Assembly (NCBI GenBank): GCA_043228905.1 | Contig: JBHGNT010000007.1 | Span: 22,196,001-22,260,000, forward strand | Direction: 5' to 3' | Source of the DNA: Azolla caroliniana | Lineage: Eukaryota; Plantae; Polypodiophyta | Length of the DNA: 64,000 nucleotides | Translations under genes and position numbers: made by a program | The notes under the pieces: model-generated | The model's database searches: none | Seen by the model: only the letters and a program-made list of their open reading frames with translations | What the model was told of the DNA's origin: nothing | In this document: positions 1-10,941 of the stretch, piece by piece | Numbering within the stretch: position 1 is the stretch's first letter | Layout of the letters: every line of letters starts with the position of its first letter

Positions 1-768
1 ATATTGGAAACGGCCCAACCAAATATATTCTCTTCCGATGGCTTTTACTACATGCAACACTACTAGTAGGTCAGTCATTGAACAGAGATGTGGCAACTAG
101 TCTTAGACAATGTTGTTATTGCAATGACATGCAGGAAACTACCAAGGATGCTCTTTGGTCATGCTTACTAGCCCAACAAGTATGGAATAAAGTTCTCCCT
201 TTATTCTTGACAATTAATGTAGGTTGCCTCTTCTCTTGGGGATCAACGATAAGGGGGTTCTCCATTCTAGCCTCCTGTTGTATGAAACAGATGATGCTCC
301 AGAGGCTATGACAGTCATCAACAAACATCTAATTGTTGTCTCCCTTTTTCACCAACCTCGCAAGCAAATGCCTATGTACCCATGTATATACCCATTACAT
401 TATGGATATTATGGAAGTATCGTTGTAAAAGACGATATGATTCCATAATTCCTCTTCTCTCAGATATATTGCCAGAATTATGGGGGTGTTTATTGACGAT
501 TGTGCGGGGGCAATACGACAATATGCCAGGCTCTTCAGAGGTTGTTTTGAAGAAAAGGAAAAAATTACTGCAATTATGGAGGAAGTTGCCTATGTTCACA
601 GTCTCCTCTCAATGACCGTTATGGAAATATCATCACCCTTGGTCCTTGCCCTGACCATTTCTTTTGTATATAATACTCTCTGATTTTACATCTTTGTAGC
701 CCTCCGACGCTTTTCTTAATGCAAATGAAGGAAATCTTTATGGACAAAAAAGAAAAGAAAAAGAAAAA
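1..768 (+). mobile_element. LINE (L1-like non-LTR retrotransposon) 3' fragment, degenerate, ending in A-rich tail
   Basis: Broken C-terminal zf-RVT-like reading (CCYCNDMQET..LWSC..AQQVW; LWILWKYRCKRRYD), 3'UTR then AAAAAAGAAAAGAAAAAGAAAAAG; closely similar to the reverse complement of 38363-39120. Confidence 0.8.
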
Positions 769-2823
769 GTAATATCCTTATTTTTGCTCCTTGTGTTATG
801 AAATATGGATAACATGTTAGTGACAAGAATGTAAAACCATTTTAGGAGCAAGTCGTTAGGATGCATTATCTCAAGCTATGTTATATAATTAATGCAACAT
901 CAAACCTATTGCTCAATTCTTGAGCCCAATCGTTAATGTTGCAAATCACAAGCAAGCTACCAATAAATTTTAGAATTTCAACAAGGTAACCTCATCATCT
1001 ATAACCACCAACCATTTGTTGGGGGATACCTAAAGTGTATATGTATAATGCCAAATCAAAACATTGTACATGTATTGTGTTGTTATAGTTGCAAGAGATT
1101 TATTTGAGGATTAGACGTAAGTATGCAAAATAGAGTTCTTCATCGTCATGGATCTAAGACACTAATGAAAGAGGGTCTTACGAACACAACATAATGGTTC
1201 AAAGCTAAAGGATCATTGGTTGTTGCAATACATCAAATAAGAAATTGGGCATCTAATAAGAGAATTATAATTGTTTACTTGTTTTCTTATTTTTTGGTCA
1301 ATATTTGTACTTGATTAGTAAGCATTTCTATTGTGAGAGAATTCATAAAGCCCATCAAGTATAAAAAGATCCAAAGCAACAACTTTCAATAGGGCATAAG
1401 TGCCACATTCGCGGGTGCTACTCTTCTAGAAACATGTGTCAATGTCAAAGGTATGTCTGTTAACTTTGATCGACTTGTGGACTTTATAGAGGCAGAGATA
1501 TCTCATAAAGGAAGGGCAGAAAATAAGGACTTTCCTGAAGAGATAGTTGGGCAAAATGGATACGCCTTTATTTGGGGGCTATGGGATGTAGGCCACATAT
1601 TCTTACTTAACCACACTCCCTTCATGCTGAAATCACTTCCTTTCTTTTCTTTCTAACATGCCCTTATAGATTCAATATTTTCTAATGCAGGACAATGCTA
1701 ATTGGTACAAGTTAGCCCTTGTAAAACAATTTAGAGGCATAAAATCACAAGATTTTGAAGCTTTGGTCAAGGGTCACCCATCAAGAAAATGCATAAAAGA
1801 TGGAAAATATTTTAGAGAGAAGAAAAGGGTTTTGCAAAGAGAAAAAGGTCAGAGAGAAGAAAAGAGTTTTAGAGGGATGAAAAGGCTTTTAGCGAGGTGG
1901 AAAAGGCATTAGATAGATATGATTGCCTGAACTTTTGTAGATGGAGCGAGTTAACATTTTCAAATTCTTTTCATTTCTTCGTTTCTCTTTAACTCATTTC
2001 TAATCTTAGGTTTCTTGATTGCCACATGCCAATATGCATGGTTTCGATGAGTAACATACATAATTCTTATTTTGAAATTTTCGTCTTAAATTTCATTGAT
2101 CGGCATCTTGCAAAATATATGGACACATGTAGAAGCTTTTAGATGATGGAATTCTTTGACTTCTCAAAGCATTGTAAATTACCGATCATGATCTAGGATG
2201 ATGTAAAGTTGGAAGCTCGAAAATAACCATAGAGAGTTGGTGATCAAATTAAAAATCTAAAGTGATGAAGATGGCTTGAACAATAGTTGAGCTTTACGAA
2301 TCAAATGCAATATCCTAGCCATGTTAGAAATATGAATGGCTCCATGCATGCACCACTTGAGTTCATGCCCATGTAATTGATATAATAATATAGTGTCCTT
2401 TGAGAGCTAGATAGATTTTATTATTGTCCTCAAGGATAAAATATGATGGTACACCATCCAATAGTCTAGGTGAAAGACAATAGTAAAATGAAATATTTTT
2501 CCTTCCTATTTGATAATTGTCAAATCAAATCCTTCTCCGCATATATAATGGAGATATGTTTACCACTGGGATAAATCATATCAAATGATCATTGTTTTGT
2601 TACTGAACTATAGCATGGAATTTCCATCAAGATGTATCAATAAGTGGTGTTTGAAGTTTGATTGTCATGGTAATAGGGGTATTGTGAGAACACAAATTGT
2701 TTTGGGGATTTTTGAGAATATTATAGGTATTTCGGCAAACAACTACGTATCGATGAATTGACTTTTGAGGAGTCATTGGTTTATCCAGAGAAAAGATTAT
2801 GAGATTTTACTTGTATTGGTTGA

Positions 2824-2896
2824 GGGGATGTAGCTCAATTGGTAGAGCACTTGCTTGACGTGCAAGATGTACAGGGTTCGAAACCCTGCATTCCCA
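2824..2896 (+). tRNA. tRNA-Val-GAC: tRNA gene with GAC anticodon (Val by anticodon) on a tRNA-Ala-type body
   Basis: 73-nt cloverleaf: acceptor GGGGATG/CATTCCC, D stem GCTC/GAGC, anticodon stem CTTGC/GCAAG with loop TT-GAC-GT (GAC 2857-2859), T stem CAGGG/CCCTG with TTCGAAA loop, discriminator A. Confidence 0.9.
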
Positions 2897-2904
2897 TAGA
2901 TATG

Positions 2905-2913
2905 TTTCTTTTT
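2905..2913 (+). terminator. Pol III oligo-T terminator of the tRNA gene
   Basis: TTTCTTTTT starting about 9 nt after the tRNA 3' end. Confidence 0.6.
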
Positions 2914-4515
2914 GAACAATTTGGTTCACTCAAATTATATCTTGTTAGATTTTTTATCTACTTCAATTGTTCACTTTTAAATTTTAAATTTTATGCATGA
3001 TTGAATGAATGGAGAAGAAGGATAAGCGTAAATTGAAGCAATGGTCATAGTTCAAGCATATCGTTGTCAAGTTTTTATCTTTTCGAACTTCAACAGCTTG
3101 TAATTTGTCTCATACAGTTAGCCTTTTAACTTTAAATGGCATTTATGGCTCACCCCACCACAAGTTCCATTTCCAAGCACTCACAAACCTCGTTTAGGTA
3201 TTGTAGCATCTACAAAAATATTCCTTTTGAACAATCTTGTTGAACAATGAACATATAACCTCTATTGCTATTGTGGACAAGTGTGATACTCTGCTAGGAT
3301 TATCGATGTAATAATAGAACGAAAAAAAATATCATTTAATTGCTAGGTATAAGGAACAAACACGATGAGCATTGGTTCTACACCTAAAACGGGTATGTGG
3401 AATGCCAACGAGCACAAGTAATGTGGCCATCACATGGCCCCTTAATAGTATGTGGAATTCCAATAGACACAAGGTGGTGGGACCCCTTGATAGACATCAT
3501 GCATAATGCCAACAAACACAAGTGATGTGTAGGTGCATTGTTAAGAGTCTATTACTAATTAACGGAATGAAATAAGGTAAACAGATTGGATAGAAGAACC
3601 CGTTCCACCCGACCACACCAGAGCTATGATCAAGACACAACCAACCTACCATTGTCCTCCCATACCGTTGAATATTAGCATGACTAATACTTTGGAAGAG
3701 ATAACACAATTGTTGCGACGAAAGCCTAGCCTGCACCACTGGTGTCTTAAGATGACAATGTTTCGATCTAATGTGTTTTATGAGGGTAGTTAGGCCTCGT
3801 ATTTAGACCTCTGCCTAGGCCCCTTGAATAGACGCGCCTTTCTAAAAAACTCTCCATTCATTGGTTGTCAAGATCATGATAGTGCATGCACCTATCATTC
3901 TTTCTATCCAATCACATTAGTCCCTTTGTAACATTAGTGAACATACCCTTCACTTATGTAAATATTAGTGACCTACCCTCACCTATGTGCAAGGATGTAT
4001 TGGTATGGTTGAGAAAATGTATTACGTGCAAAAACAAGCGCACTCGCAAGTAGTGTTGTAGTTTTGCGAGTTACAAGCAAATGTTATGAAAAAGATTTAA
4101 AAATAAGTCACTACCTATACGAGCCTAGAAGTGATGAAACAAGGTTCAAAAAACCATGTGTTACCAACTAAAAAATGCCATAAATAAATGGAGGGTGCTA
4201 TGTATGCACATATCTATCCAAATATTGTGATAGTGATTGGCATAATTGCGGCCACAAGGCCACACATTGATCAATACAAGTGGCGGTATTGTTGTGCGCA
4301 AAGATGTAGTACTCAAATCGATGTGTAAAATATCATAGGTGAAATCATGTGTTTTTAATCAAGTTCTAAGGCTCGATTACATGACTTAAACCTAGATAAC
4401 ACTTCAGAAAAAGTGTTCAAAAAGCGGCATGATGCCCACTCAATACGAAAAAATATTCTACATGGAATTGTTACACCATAGGTAAACACACGTAAATAGT
4501 ATATATGAACATGAC

Positions 4516-5983
4516 CATAGATTGACATATTCGCATTCATGGGGCCTGCCCCATGAATCCATATGAATAGGAATATGAATGCATGTAAATATATTTGTTT
4601 TTTTTTTTAAATAAAAAATAAAATGTTCTTTTTTTCCTGTGAGCGAGTGAACGAACAACGAGTAGCGAGTGAGGAAGCCTCACCCTACTCCCTCCCTGTG
4701 CGTGCTACCCTTGCTTCCCTCTGCATATTGTTCTCGGCCAGAAAATTAGGGTTTCAGCTGAAAGCCCTAATCTATCTCATAGTCCTAATTTCGATAATAT
4801 TTCTTTCTTTTGAGCCCGTGTCCGTGACTCCCTCTCATTCTCTATTCTAATCCTACATCTTGTTCTCAGCTCCAAACTCAGGCTTTCACTAAAACCCTAA
4901 GTTTAGCTAAGTTTAGTAGAAGCCCTAATTAATTAACTAATATTTTTCAATTAATTAATTAATTTGTTAATGAATTAAGATATGTATACAATATTAGTAA
5001 ATTAATTAATGTATTAGTGAGTCAATTAATGTTTAAGTGAATTAATTAATTATGATATTAGTGACTTAATTAATTATTGATGTATGTGTGTATATACATA
5101 TATGAGTGATATATGTGTGTGTATACACATGTATGTATTTGTGTATATGTATATATCATATATGTATGTGTATATATATACACATAGATTGACATATTCG
5201 CATTCGTCGGGTTTCCCATTCGAATGCAAACGAATACGAATGGGTGGTCAGGTATTCGTTTAACTCAAAAAAAATAAATAAATCAGTTTTTTTAAATTTC
5301 CTAGGATAAAAAAAAGGAACTTGACAATAAATAGGGATAATAAAAGAGGGACTTGAGGATTTGACACTATTAAATTTTTATAATAAATGTATAACTTATA
5401 AGTTATAAGTATTCGTTTTATTTTTAATAAATAAAAAAAATAAAATAAAGGCTCATTAATTTCTCACTTTTTATTCCCTCAAAATTTATGCATATTTTTA
5501 TTTTGACATTAAAAATAGTACTTCAAACCAATCATATCGTCAAGTTCATACTAATTATATTTGTATAATAAATATAAAAATATTCGATTTTTAAAAAATT
5601 AATTAATTGATTGATTAATTAAAATAAGTTTCATAAACTCTCTTGACACTATAATTTATTAATGAATAATTGTCTTTTTTGGTGAAATAAATTTATTTAA
5701 ATAAATAAATAAATATTTTATATTTATTTTGAAAAATGAATGGTTTTCTAATATTCTTGGGGCCATTTTATATTCTCGAATATGGAGAATATTGCGCATG
5801 GAGAATATCACGAATATCACGCATGTGTCAATCTATGTATATACATATATGATATATGTATGTGTGCACATGTATATGTAAACGAATGGTTTTATAATAT
5901 TCTCGGGACCGTTTTATATTGTTGAATATCGCGAATATTACGGATGTCGAATACCACGAATATTATGCATGGGTCAATCTATG
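4516..5983. mobile_element. Non-autonomous hAT-type element (outer MITE)
   Basis: TIR CATAGATTGAC...GTCAATCTATG; 8-bp TSD AACATGAC (4508-4515, 5984-5991). Confidence 0.85.
5183..5837. mobile_element. Non-autonomous hAT-type element (inner MITE, same TIR family)
   Basis: TIR CATAGATTGAC...GTCAATCTATG; 8-bp TSD TATATACA (5175-5182, 5838-5845). Confidence 0.8.
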
Positions 5984-7214
5984 AACATGACAATTAAGGG
6001 TAAAAAAGAGAGTTAAGTGTGGGTCGGTAGATGAAAATTATAAGAAAATCTTAAGAAAGTGGGAAGACAAATTGTGTAATTAGAAAATAATAACAATAAC
6101 AATAATCAAATAAGTATATGAAACATCAAACATGCCCTAAGGTAGTGAATAGGCACCTCATGAAGACCACAACATCCCATAGAATTGACTAATAGATGGC
6201 TCAATAGAGGTGAGAGTGTCATATACAACGCAATATGCAAAAGGGCCATGAGGTGAGTGTAGTGCAAACACGTGCGGCCCCATGCACAATCATCGCACAC
6301 AATACAAAACATGTCATGCAACTCAAAGAAGAAAGAAAGAAAATAAATCATAATCCAAATTTCATTCGACCAAGAATGACGCCTCATAGGAAAGAAGAGA
6401 GATATCGAAAAAGAAATTATCGGGTTTGGAATGTTGTTTTGATCTTGAGAAGAGCATGATGAGCCTTGTTAGATCCTCATCTCTCACACAGAAACATCAA
6501 AACAACAAAAAAAGAGCATGATGAGCCTTGTTACTAAACACTCTGATACCATATTAAGAGTCTATGACTAATTAATAGACCGAAACAAAGGTAAATAGAT
6601 TAGACAGAGAACCCGTTCCACCCGACCATCCTCGAGATATGATCAAGACATAGCCAACCTACCATAGACATTTCATACCTCTGAATATCGGAAGAGATAA
6701 CACGATTGTCACGACAGAAGCCTAACTGCACTACCGATGCCTTAAGATGGCAACCTTTCGACTTTATTGTGTTTTATGGGAGTAGCTAGGCCTCATATTT
6801 ATACCTCTTCCTAGGCCCTTTGAATAGACGTGCCTTTCTAAAAGACTCTCAATTCATTGGTTGTCAAGATCATGATAGTGCATGCACTTATCATTCATTC
6901 TATCAAATCATATTAGTCCCTTTCTAACATTAGTAAACATACCCTTCACTTATGTAAATATTAGTGACCTACCCTCACCTACGTTATGTGTGCATAACAT
7001 GCATGAACCCTTGATAGTATGTGGAATGCCAATAAACACAAGGTGTGAACCCCCTTGAAACACAATATGCATAAGGCCAACAAACACAAGTGATATATAG
7101 GTGCGTGGCACCTTTGTTTAAAGTCTAAATGGGAAAAGAAGGAACTAAGAGGAAAAATAGACTTTAAACAATGTAATAAAAATGAACCCATTTCATGTAG
7201 AAGTAGTCGAATTG

Positions 7215-7268
7215 TGTAAAGAATCGGGTGTGATTTTGTGTGACAGAAGAGATGTGTGTGTGTGTGTA

Positions 7269-7323
<55 letters not shown>

Positions 7324-7470
7324 CAAGGTATGCAGAAAACAAAAAAACTGTATTAACAAGGAAAGACAACCAACTATTACAAAGAAGAGGAGAAGGTGCT
7401 TATGTAGTCACCATCTCTCTATATTCTCTTACTACAACCACCTCTTAGGAAGGAGGTGTGTGTGTGTGTA

Positions 7471-7535
<65 letters not shown>

Positions 7536-7815
7536 CAAGGTATGCAGAAAACAAAAAAACTGTATTAACAAGGAAAGACAACCAACTATTACAAAGAAGA
7601 GGAGAAGGTGCTTATGTAGTCACCATCTCTCTATATTCTCTTACTACAACCACCTCTTAGGAAGGAGGTGGAGACTTAACTACCAAGTAACTATGTGTCG
7701 TAGAACTTAACTCCTATGACACATTAGTTATGATACAAAGTGGTGGGGTGTTCACACACTTCATTATTCCTAAGGTGTGTTCCCACACTATGGAAGTTGA
7801 GTTTGATACTCAACA
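7215..7815 (-). repeat. 3' LTR of old Copia, with ~205-bp internal tandem duplication
   Basis: Matches 28979-29375; the (GT)n-(GA)n...CCACCTCTTAGGAAGGAG block occurs twice (~7254-7455, ~7456-7667); adjacent TGCCCCTTC reads as the PPT on minus. Confidence 0.85.
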
Positions 7816-8873
7816 TGCCCCTTCAAACACAACTTCCGATCACCGGATAGTCAACTTGGGTATGGATTGGTCTTCGAGTTGGCTTTGGTAGTCGGCCCAG
7901 ACTTCGGTTGTGGATGGTTGACTCACTGCTTCGTTCGACTTCATGTTGGGTGGCGACTCCTTAGTCCCCCTTGAGCTCGGCTGGTTGGCGGTCAAGAGGC
8001 CTAGGTTCATTGTAAACTACCGTAGCTTGTCAGCTCCCATGGTGTTTGTGAAGATGTCAGTTGTTTGCAGGTTGGTGTTGATGTATTGCAGATCGACATT
8101 GCTAGCTAGGACACGTTCTTGGATGAAATGATAGTCCACCTCAATGTGCTTAGTCCGAGTGTGGAAGATTGGGTTGCTAGCCAGGTGGGTACTGCCCATG
8201 TTGTCATAGTAAAGGAAGATGGGATCGTTGATGGAGACATCAAGATCCTTAAGAATCCTCTTAAGCCAAACGGCTTCATAGGTTGCACCCTTGTATTCTG
8301 CTTCTGTGCTCGACAGTGCGGTTGTCGGTTGCTTTTTACTACTCTAAGAAATAGCTCTATTGCCGAGGGAGAAGACAAATATGGAAGTCGATTGTCTGTC
8401 GGCCTTGTAGCCGGCCCAGTCGGCGTTGTCGTGAAGATTTTCGGCAATGGTGTGAAAATCACATAAAACATAGGAAATCGAGTATAAATCATATAAAACA
8501 ATAATAGTGAAAATACTATTTTAAATATGTTTAATATCTTAGTACAAAAATATGGAGTTCTTCAAGAGCTTTCAAATGTGCTTTACTACATAAAAAAACG
8601 GACATCTAAGTGACAAGTTATGTGGGAGTGAAGTATAAGAAGGAAGAAGAGAAAAATAAAACTGTGAGATATCCCACATAGACAGGAAATAAGGTTCTCA
8701 CCATATATAAGGTAGAGCAAAAACAATTATCTTTGTGTCTATATGTGGAGCATAGAGAGTTCAAGGTGACTTGAACTAAGCTATTGGATGATTGGGTGTG
8801 GCCTAGCCAACCAAAACCGGACCGACAACCGGATACATATACATATATATATATACACAAGGAGTGCAAGTGT

Positions 8874-8927
8874 GGATTTGAACCTTGCACCTCCAAGTTG
8901 AGAGTCTATAGGCTTACCACTAAGCCA
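8874..8927 (-). promoter_or_regulatory. tRNA-derived Pol III A-box/B-box cassette within Gypsy LTR (repeated at ~12589-12643)
   Basis: Minus strand: TGGCTTAGTGG (A box) ... GGTTCAAATCC (B box) at tRNA-like spacing. Confidence 0.65.
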
Positions 8928-9404
8928 AAACATTATCTTAAGATAATATTTTTATCATTGTAACTTTACATGTAAATTCTCATACATGAGAGCTAAAATG
9001 AGTGACGTGGTTATCATGCACCACATGTAATACATGAGTGCCAAATGGCAAACATGCATTTTATGCATGTCGTGAACGCTCAAATGCATGAGGGCATCTA
9101 TAAAAGAGGGGATGAAAAAGACAAAAGGGGGATTTTGGTAATGTAAAAATTCTTATCAAGAGCTTTGTACTTTAAATCAAAATTAATATTAAGAAGAAAA
9201 TTCGTGATCCTTTTGATGATATACCTTGTTCTCTCAATCTTAAATCAAGCGTTCTATCTTATCTCAATTTCTCTCTATCTGTCAATCTATCTTAATTCCT
9301 TTCTCGCCAAACCTAGCGTAAACTTCGAATCCTTCCGGTTCAGAACCCCGACGGTTTTGCCTCACGATCCGCGCGTAGTGACGGATCTTCACGACATAAT
9401 TAAG

Positions 9405-9421
9405 TGGTGAACCCGACGTGA
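9405..9421 (+). other. Primer binding site complementary to tRNA-Trp 3' end
   Basis: TGGTGAACCCGACGTGA is the complement of ...TCACGTCGGGTTCACCA (plant cytosolic tRNA-Trp 3' end, from recall), 8 nt (TAATTAAG) after the LTR; same arrangement at 25669-25693 on minus. Confidence 0.75.
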
Positions 9422-9467
9422 AAGAGGTGGTAAGAAGGATCAAATCGAGGATCAACCGATACTTGGA

Positions 9468-10090
9468 GATGGCGTCCTCAAGCAATCAAGCGAGAGAGTT
9501 CGAGAGGATGATGTTGATTGTCGAACAAATGATGAGATCTCGAGACAACGATGCGAATGTGGGAAAGGTCGTCGATCATGTCGTTGAATTCGAGGGTCAA
9601 TTTGACGGAAGGAACATTACGGAGTTCCTTGATGCATACAGAAGGGAGATGAATAAAAGGGACGTGTCCGAAGCATGTCAAATCGCAAGTTTCAAGAGAG
9701 TGGTCGCCAACAACATCCAAAGACGCATCATCGAGATTCAAGAAGGTAAGACAACATGGTCCGAGTTTGAGTAAACAATATTAGCGGAGTTCGCGACTGA
9801 AGACTTGACGAGGATGACTTGACATGCTTTGATGAAGTGGATAGAAAAGAAGAATAAGAAGATGAGTGCCTCGAGGGTGTACGACGAATTCGACCAAATG
9901 TTTAGTTGTCTCCCTGCCATGGACCAAGTGCTACTTGAGGAAGACAAGACTTTGTACTTCTTGAAAGTTGTGGACATGCAGGATAGATGAGAGTTGGGGA
10001 CTCTCCTCGAAGATGATACCCAAGCGAACGGGCTTGTGGCGGACTGGGTCGTGGTGAAGCAAGCATGCAACAAGACGACATGCGTCATCG
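9468..10090 (+). pseudogene. gag: Gypsy gag N-terminal remnant with in-frame stops
   Basis: MASSSNQAREFERMMLIVEQMMRSRDND..FDGRNITEFLDAY aligns with the open gag at 24499-25632 (minus). Confidence 0.8.
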
Positions 10091-10279
10091 ATGGCTCCAT
10101 GATATTGACTTGGTAAGACCAAGCGTAGAAAAATCAAAACCATCTAAAGAAGTCGAGATGCCTAAACAACACATCCAACATGAAAAGAAGATTGATGATG
10201 ACTCGAGGACGATGATGGCCATTTCAAAGGAGGTCGAATGTTTCGGAACATGCGTCGTGTTCGAAACAACGGATGATGG

Positions 10280-10638
10280 TGTTAGGAAACAGGTCCCTCC
10301 AGATGGGAAGTGAGAAGAACAATGTTGATGAGTATCGGCCTCGGCCGAATCCGGATGTCGAGTACCTGGCAAGGAAGACCCGGTGAGAACCGGATGACGA
10401 GTACCCGACAAGGAAGGCCCGGTGAGAACCGGATGACGAGTGCCCGGCAACAACTGGATGATGCAGGCCCGGTGAAGAGTGCTCACCGGATGAAGGGACA
10501 TATTCGTAAATATGTTTTTGAGAGTCCATTGGGGCTATATTTGTAAATAGCCGAAAAGTCATATTAGTATAAATATGACTTAGGGCAAACTTAGTGTAGT
10601 TGTCATTCTTATTGGTCCAAGATTTGAGTGCAACCGTG

Positions 10639-10683
<45 letters not shown>

Positions 10684-10941
10684 GAAGAGGACGTTGTCTC
10701 TGTTGTAACCGCCGCCAATGGCGAAGACAGTGAACAAGAGGTCATTGCCTCTGTGTTCATCTATTGTATACTGTAACATAGTGATAGTTTGCAATTTGTG
10801 GACTGTCGTGGTTTTTCCCGTGTTTGGGTTTTCCACGTAAACATCCTGTGTACTCTTCTCTTTACTATGTCGTGCGTACATTACCCGGTTTTTTCTATGT
10901 TTGATCCTAGACTCGATTGTGGCCGAGCGTTGTTTTCAAGA
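10280..10941 (+). mobile_element. Diverged solo Copia LTR related to the 18876-24352 element LTRs
   Basis: Starts TGTTAGGAAACAGGTCCCTCCAGATGGGA; shares CCGG repeats, (GA)n, GGTTTTCCACGTAAACA and the end GATCCTA...TGTGGCCGAG...TTCAA[G]A with the young Copia LTR; no clear TSD. Confidence 0.8.

Larger units (their letters stand above)
3539..6999 (-). mobile_element. Non-autonomous or internally deleted LTR element (Copia-type PBS), no recognisable coding region
   Basis: Direct repeats 3539-~3985 (truncated) and 6552-6999; outer termini TGTTA...TAACA; 5-bp TSD TGCAT (3534-3538, 7000-7004); PBS TGGTATCAGAG (tRNA-iMet) on minus strand at 6541-6551. Confidence 0.8.

Noticed and set aside
6979-7660. 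ORFs with ERERER/SLSLSL runs
   Set aside because: Translations of (GA)n microsatellites inside an LTR.
8618-8896. Identical 92-aa ORF repeated at 12334-12612, and other paired ORFs such as 18697/23772 and 13849/25614
   Set aside because: Duplicated only because they lie in LTR pairs; no coding features.
8860-8935. LTR tRNA-like segments as functional tRNA genes
   Set aside because: No acceptor stem or proper anticodon arm; only the promoter boxes are retained, so reported as regulatory relics.
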